A DNA stretch of 64,000 nucleotides from an uncultured Bacteroidales bacterium. Lineage in GTDB: Bacteria; Bacteroidota; Bacteroidia; Bacteroidales; VadinHA17. Position numbers and translations under genes: made by a program. Positions 59,489 to 64,000 of this stretch are shown piece by piece. The first letter of the stretch is position 1. Every line of letters begins with the position of its first letter. Location: assembly GCA_963828395.1 (NCBI GenBank), contig CAWHED010000006.1, forward strand, positions 216,275 to 280,274, read 5' to 3'. A model generated the notes under the pieces. It was not told where the DNA came from, did not search any database, and worked only from the letters and a program-made list of their open reading frames with translations.

Positions 59489-61203
59489 CTGAACGTGGGA
59501 ACACTATAAGCGATAAGTGGATCAAAGCATCCATTATTGGAACGATATGGGCTGCTGCCGAAATTGTTCTCGGTAGTTTTTTGCATAATCTCCGTGTGCC
59601 TTTCAGCGGTAATATCCTTACTGCCATTGCCCTTGTGATACTTATTTCTGTAAGCCATAAATGGCGTGAGCATGGGCTTTACTGGAGGGCAGGATTAATT
59701 TGCGCGCTGATGAAAACGATGTCACCCAGCGCAGTCATTTTCGGGCCTATGATAGCCATTATTGCAGAGTCAATGTTGCTTGAGGCTTCAGTTAGGCTCT
59801 TCGGCAGGACATTCGCCGGTTTTGTCATCGGTTCCATGCTCGCGATGTCGTGGAACCTTTTCCAGAAAATCCTCAATCTGCTCATTTTTTACGGTGGCAA
59901 GCTTGTTGACCTGTATTCTAACCTGACCAATTATGCAGCCAAAGAGCTGAACCTTAAATTTGACACCTTCTGGGCACCGCTGGTATTGCTGCTGGCTCTT
60001 TATGCAGCTTTCGGAGCTGCCGCAGCCGTGGTGGGTATTCGGACAGGCAGGAGGATCCTCTCCCGTCCTGCCGTAGAAGCCCTGGTGGAGAAGCCATCCG
60101 TCCGTCCGTCTGAATCGCGTTCCGGCCAGCCGTTTAATTACTCGCTGGCCTGGCTCGCAATTGATATTTTACTGGTTGCCGGAGCATTGGTTATAATCAG
60201 CCAGACAAAATGGATATTCTGGGTCATAACAGTGATACCTGTGTCGGTCATTCTGGCGGTACGCTATAAACGTGCCATGAGGCAACTTGCCAGACCCGGG
60301 TTCTGGATCACATTCGTGATCATCACGATGCTTTCAGCGCTGGCTTTCACCGCCTTTCAGCCCGGCAATACCAATATTGCGGAAGGAGTGCTCATCGGCA
60401 TACAGATGAATTTCCGGGCACTGATCATCATCGTTGGCTTCTCCGCCCTCGGCACGGAACTGTATAATCCTGCGATTCGCAAACTCTTCAGCAGAACACA
60501 CTTCAGGCAGTTGCCCCTGGCCCTTGAACTTTCTGCCGAAAGCCTTCCTTCAATGATTGCGGCAATGCCTGACCTGAAAACCGCCATCAAAGATCCTGCA
60601 TCGATACTCAGCAGCATGATATCGCATGTTGAAAGCCGGCTGAGTGAAGCCAGAGCCGAACAGAAGCGAAGAAAGAAAGTATATATAATAACCGGGGAAA
60701 CAGGCGAAGGAAAAACAACCTTCCTGCTTGGACTGAAAGACATCCTGAAAGAAAAAGGCATCAGGGTGGGAGGTATACTGGCACCGAGACTTATGGAGAG
60801 TGACATGACCATCGGATATGATATACTCGATGTCAGCTCAGGTGTAACAGCACCGTTTCTAAGACTCACCAACCCGGAAATTAAAGGAGTGGAAAGGTTT
60901 GCACAGATGGAGGAAGGGTACAGGGTAGGACTGAAAGCTCTTAACCCTGAGAATAACAGAGATAGTAACCTGATGATAATTGACGAAGCGGGTCCGCTGG
61001 AGATGAGAGGTGAAGGCTGGGCCGGACGATTGAGCCAGCTTTTGGAAATTAACGAGTGGCAGATTATGATTGTGGTCAGGAAAAGCCTCGTCAATGAGAT
61101 GGTCAGAAAATTCGGCATAAAGGATGCAGCGATTCTTGAGGTTGGCTCAATTGATTGTGGCAAAGTAGTAGATGAGATTATGAATTCAACCGAAAATGGA
61201 TGA
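59473..61203 (+). CDS. Polytopic membrane protein fused to a C-terminal P-loop NTPase (NTPase_1/THEP1-like)
   Basis: About 9-10 hydrophobic segments, then ITGETGEGKTT and IIDEAGPLE. Confidence 0.75.
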   Translation: MRPVLTERGNTISDKWIKASIIGTIWAAAEIVLGSFLHNLRVPFSGNILTAIALVILISVSHKWREHGLYWRAGLICALMKTMSPSAVIFGPMIAIIAESMLLEASVRLFGRTFAGFVIGSMLAMSWNLFQKILNLLIFYGGKLVDLYSNLTNYAAKELNLKFDTFWAPLVLLLALYAAFGAAAAVVGIRTGRRILSRPAVEALVEKPSVRPSESRSGQPFNYSLAWLAIDILLVAGALVIISQTKWIFWVITVIPVSVILAVRYKRAMRQLARPGFWITFVIITMLSALAFTAFQPGNTNIAEGVLIGIQMNFRALIIIVGFSALGTELYNPAIRKLFSRTHFRQLPLALELSAESLPSMIAAMPDLKTAIKDPASILSSMISHVESRLSEARAEQKRRKKVYIITGETGEGKTTFLLGLKDILKEKGIRVGGILAPRLMESDMTIGYDILDVSSGVTAPFLRLTNPEIKGVERFAQMEEGYRVGLKALNPENNRDSNLMIIDEAGPLEMRGEGWAGRLSQLLEINEWQIMIVVRKSLVNEMVRKFGIKDAAILEVGSIDCGKVVDEIMNSTENG

Positions 61204-61905
61204 TATACTCGGAAAAGTCAGACGTGAACTGAAAGATGCATCGGATGAAAAGACCAGGCAATCCGGTATGAGGTTCTTCAAGGAGGCGGTAAGTCTGTAC
61301 GGGGTCAGATCAGTCGATGTGAGACGGATCGCAAAGGACAGTTTTGATGCGATAAAAGGCCGAACAAAATCAGAGATTTTTGAACTCTGTGATGGACTTT
61401 GGCAGTCAGGTCAGATGGAGGAAACGTTCATAGCATGTGAATGGTCACATAAACTGAACAGGCAATATACCCCTGAAGATTTCCTGATTTTCGGGAAATG
61501 GGTTCACAAATACCTGAATAACTGGGCATCGTGTGACACACTGTGCAATCACACGATCGGAGATTTCGTTCAGATGTACCCCGATTATCTTGTTGAGCTG
61601 AAGAAATGGTCATTTTCTGATAACAGGTGGGTACGGCGGGCATCTGCGGTGTCTCTGATCGTTCCCGCCCGGCGCGGCAAATTCCTGCCGGACATTTTTG
61701 AAATAGCTGGGCATACTGTTACGCGATAAGGATGATATGGTACAGAAAGGTTACGGATGGATGTTAAAGGAGGCCAGCAAACCGTATCAGGAGGAGGTGT
61801 TCGATTTTGTCATGAAGAACAAAACGGTCATGCCCCGCACTGCACTGAGATATGCCATTGAGAAAGATGCCGCCGGAGCTCAGGGCAAAGGCAATGGAAA
61901 GGTAA
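61196..61905 (+). CDS. AlkD-like HEAT-repeat DNA alkylation repair protein; frameshifts near 61715 and 61865
   Basis: YGVRS, NNWASCD, NRWVRRAS, MVQKGYGWMLKE, RTALRYAIEK. Confidence 0.85.
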
Positions 61906-61907
61906 AT

Positions 61908-63457
61908 TTATTTGATATTGCTTGTTCTCGCTTTCCAGAAATCATTGAAACTGTTCACAGGCTCCTCGCACAGGTAGACTGCTGCCCCGTACTCACGTGC
62001 ATCGGGATCGGAGATTTTTCCAATGAGCCGGATGTCGGAAAACAGTTGCTTGCTACGTCTTCTCCAAGGTTATGGTTGATGTAGACTAGCGATTTTATCT
62101 CAACCGGGAAATCACGCGGGAACCAGTACCTGAAGCTCTCGTGGAAACTGACAGCCTCAGGTAATCCGTACTTCCTGCCGATAATTGTAATTGCTCCCGC
62201 CTGGCCATAGTTTTCTGCATAGATAATTGAGGCATTCTTTATCTTCAATCATTCTGTAAGCGCTGTCGGCGAGCGCGGTAAGCTCCTCCCATCCGATCAT
62301 ATCGGCATAATCCTGCGGAAGCGAGTGAATGGTACCATCTTCAAACCGGCATGCCAAGATCGATTCCGTATTTCTCATTAAGTACCCCGAAATAGGTTTT
62401 CAGCCCCTCCTTGTCCCAGACCGGCAACCCTGCCGGCACTCCCGGTATGGCGATCAGGATAACGACCAGAGGGAAGAGAATCCTCAGAGCCCCATTACGG
62501 AACCACCTGTCATAAGCTGTGCCCCCTGCTGCGATAAGGAAAGGCATTATCCCCAGGGTATAATAGCTTTTGCCCTTCAGAAACATAAGAGCAACGACAA
62601 CAAAGAGCGAAAGGAAGCCCAGGAACCTGAACCTGCCGGCTTCCCTGGCTGCAAGCAGGTAAATCAGGCCGGCTACGGTGAATATTGACCCGACGAAAGG
62701 CAGGAAAAGCTGTTCGGTGAAGAAACACCCCGGCATTCATGTAAACGAGCTGGGAATCGTACAGTTCGGATATATGGTTGAATACCGGGAAACCGTGCAC
62801 AGCCTGCCAGACCAGGTTGGGCAGGAAAATCAGGCCGCCGGTCAGATCATTCCAATCCAGAAATACCTGTTTCTGAACACGTCACGATGCCGTGTCAGCG
62901 GGCACTGTCAGCAGAAGACCCAGGAAGAGGAGCCCGGCGAGGTATTTGTTCAGGAGGGCAAAGCCGGCAGCTATTCCGAAGTAGATGAGAAAACTGTTCC
63001 TGCCGGTATTGATGTATTTGATAATCATCAACAGGCAGAGTGTCCACAGGAATATCTCAATGTGTACCGGGTGGAAGAGAAAGAAGGTCCTCATGAAAAA
63101 GCCGGACACAGTGAGTCCTGTGGCTGCAAGGATGGCACCGTAGCGTGTGCCTCCCAGTTCCCTGGCTATTGAGGCAACCAGGAAGATCATTAACCCGCCC
63201 AACAGGGATGCAAATAACCGGATGGCAAACAGCGAGTTGCTGAAGACCTGCTGTAACAGGAAGCTTACCCACCCAATCAGTGGCGGTACGGTGGCATAGC
63301 CGAAATCGGGGTGCTGCCCGAGCGACAGATACAGCAGCTCGTCGCGGTGATATTCAAGGTTATCATAAACCAGCAGCCGCACAGTAATATTCAGTAGAGC
63401 TATTGCCAGGATAACAGGATCAATTCTCCTGAAAATTGTTGCTACTTTCGTATCCAT
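61908..63457 (-). CDS. GT39/ArnT-like membrane glycosyltransferase; several frameshifts
   Basis: YHRDELLY, GY..VPPL, LLNKY, GKSYY, DYADMIGW, NYGQAGAI over four ORF pieces. Confidence 0.8.
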
Positions 63458-63999
63458 TCTTCAACGGAAATTACTTTTGCGTAACTCTTCATTGCTGCCA
63501 GAGTGGAAGCATGCACATCTGCTGCGGACACCTCGCGGTCACCGAATTTCAGGTTTCGTGACGCACAGGCATCATGAAGAAGAAAAACATAATAGCCAAG
63601 ATCACTGGCGGCACGCACCGCTGCCTCAACACACATATGCGTCTGCATCCCGCAGATAACCAAGGTGTCGACGCCAAGACTCTTAACATGCTCTGTCAGT
63701 CCTGTGCCGAGAAAACTGTTGACCTCTTCCTTTACGAATACCGCTTCGCCCGGTGCGGGTTTGACAAGGTCATTTATCTCCATCCCTGCCGCTGACTTAT
63801 GCTGGATGAAAATGACAGGATTATTTTCTGCCCGGGCTTGAGCAATTGCTATGGCAGCCTTTTCGGCTGCCTGAACCGGTTCAACCAGCTCAGACCGGCC
63901 TCCCGGGAAATAAAAATTCTGAATGTCAATCACCAGCAGTGCATAACTCTTTTGTGCTTCCATGACTGCTACTGCGGAGATCAGTGCGAGGAAGAGAAT
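63442..63999 (-). CDS. Isochorismatase-family cysteine hydrolase with signal peptide; 5' end outside window
   Basis: LLVIDIQN, K..VNSF, GMQTHMCV; frame open to the window edge (ILFLALISAVAVMEAQ). Confidence 0.9.
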   Translation of the reverse strand: MLFLALISAVAVMEAQKSYALLVIDIQNFYFPGGRSELVEPVQAAEKAAIAIAQARAENNPVIFIQHKSAAGMEINDLVKPAPGEAVFVKEEVNSFLGTGLTEHVKSLGVDTLVICGMQTHMCVEAAVRAASDLGYYVFLLHDACASRNLKFGDREVSAADVHASTLAAMKSYAKVISVEEWIRK

Positions 64000-64000
64000 T

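Overview
Chromosomal window from a Bacteroidota bacterium, probably an anaerobic member of the Bacteroidales (SusC/SusD pair, T9SS C-terminal sorting domain, TAnnTTTG promoters, hydF). In order it holds: an AT-rich 5' segment (1-~1760) of hydrolase/secreted-protein genes; housekeeping genes (radC, rpsT, tRNA-Glu, zupT, mpl); a complete LacI-controlled starch/maltodextrin PUL made of two convergent operons (6.6-26.2 kb); then mixed metabolic genes. The best candidates for undescribed systems are (1) a two-gene operon encoding a secreted pentaheme cytochrome c and a Cyc2-type fused cytochrome-porin (38.2-40.9 kb), and (2) an operon encoding a NapC/NirT tetraheme cytochrome fused to a Cys-less FGE-sulfatase domain plus two Tat-exported sugar-redox enzymes (55.6-59.5 kb). 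Other oddities: an ammonia-lyase with Ala-Cys-Gly instead of Ala-Ser-Gly at the MIO site, a sphingosine-1-phosphate-lyase-like gene, a REP-like hairpin cluster with compensatory changes, and many intergenic 7-8-mer microarrays. At least eight genes beyond 29.6 kb carry single-base frameshifts, most likely sequencing/assembly errors. All calls come from motif recognition by eye; no database searches were run.
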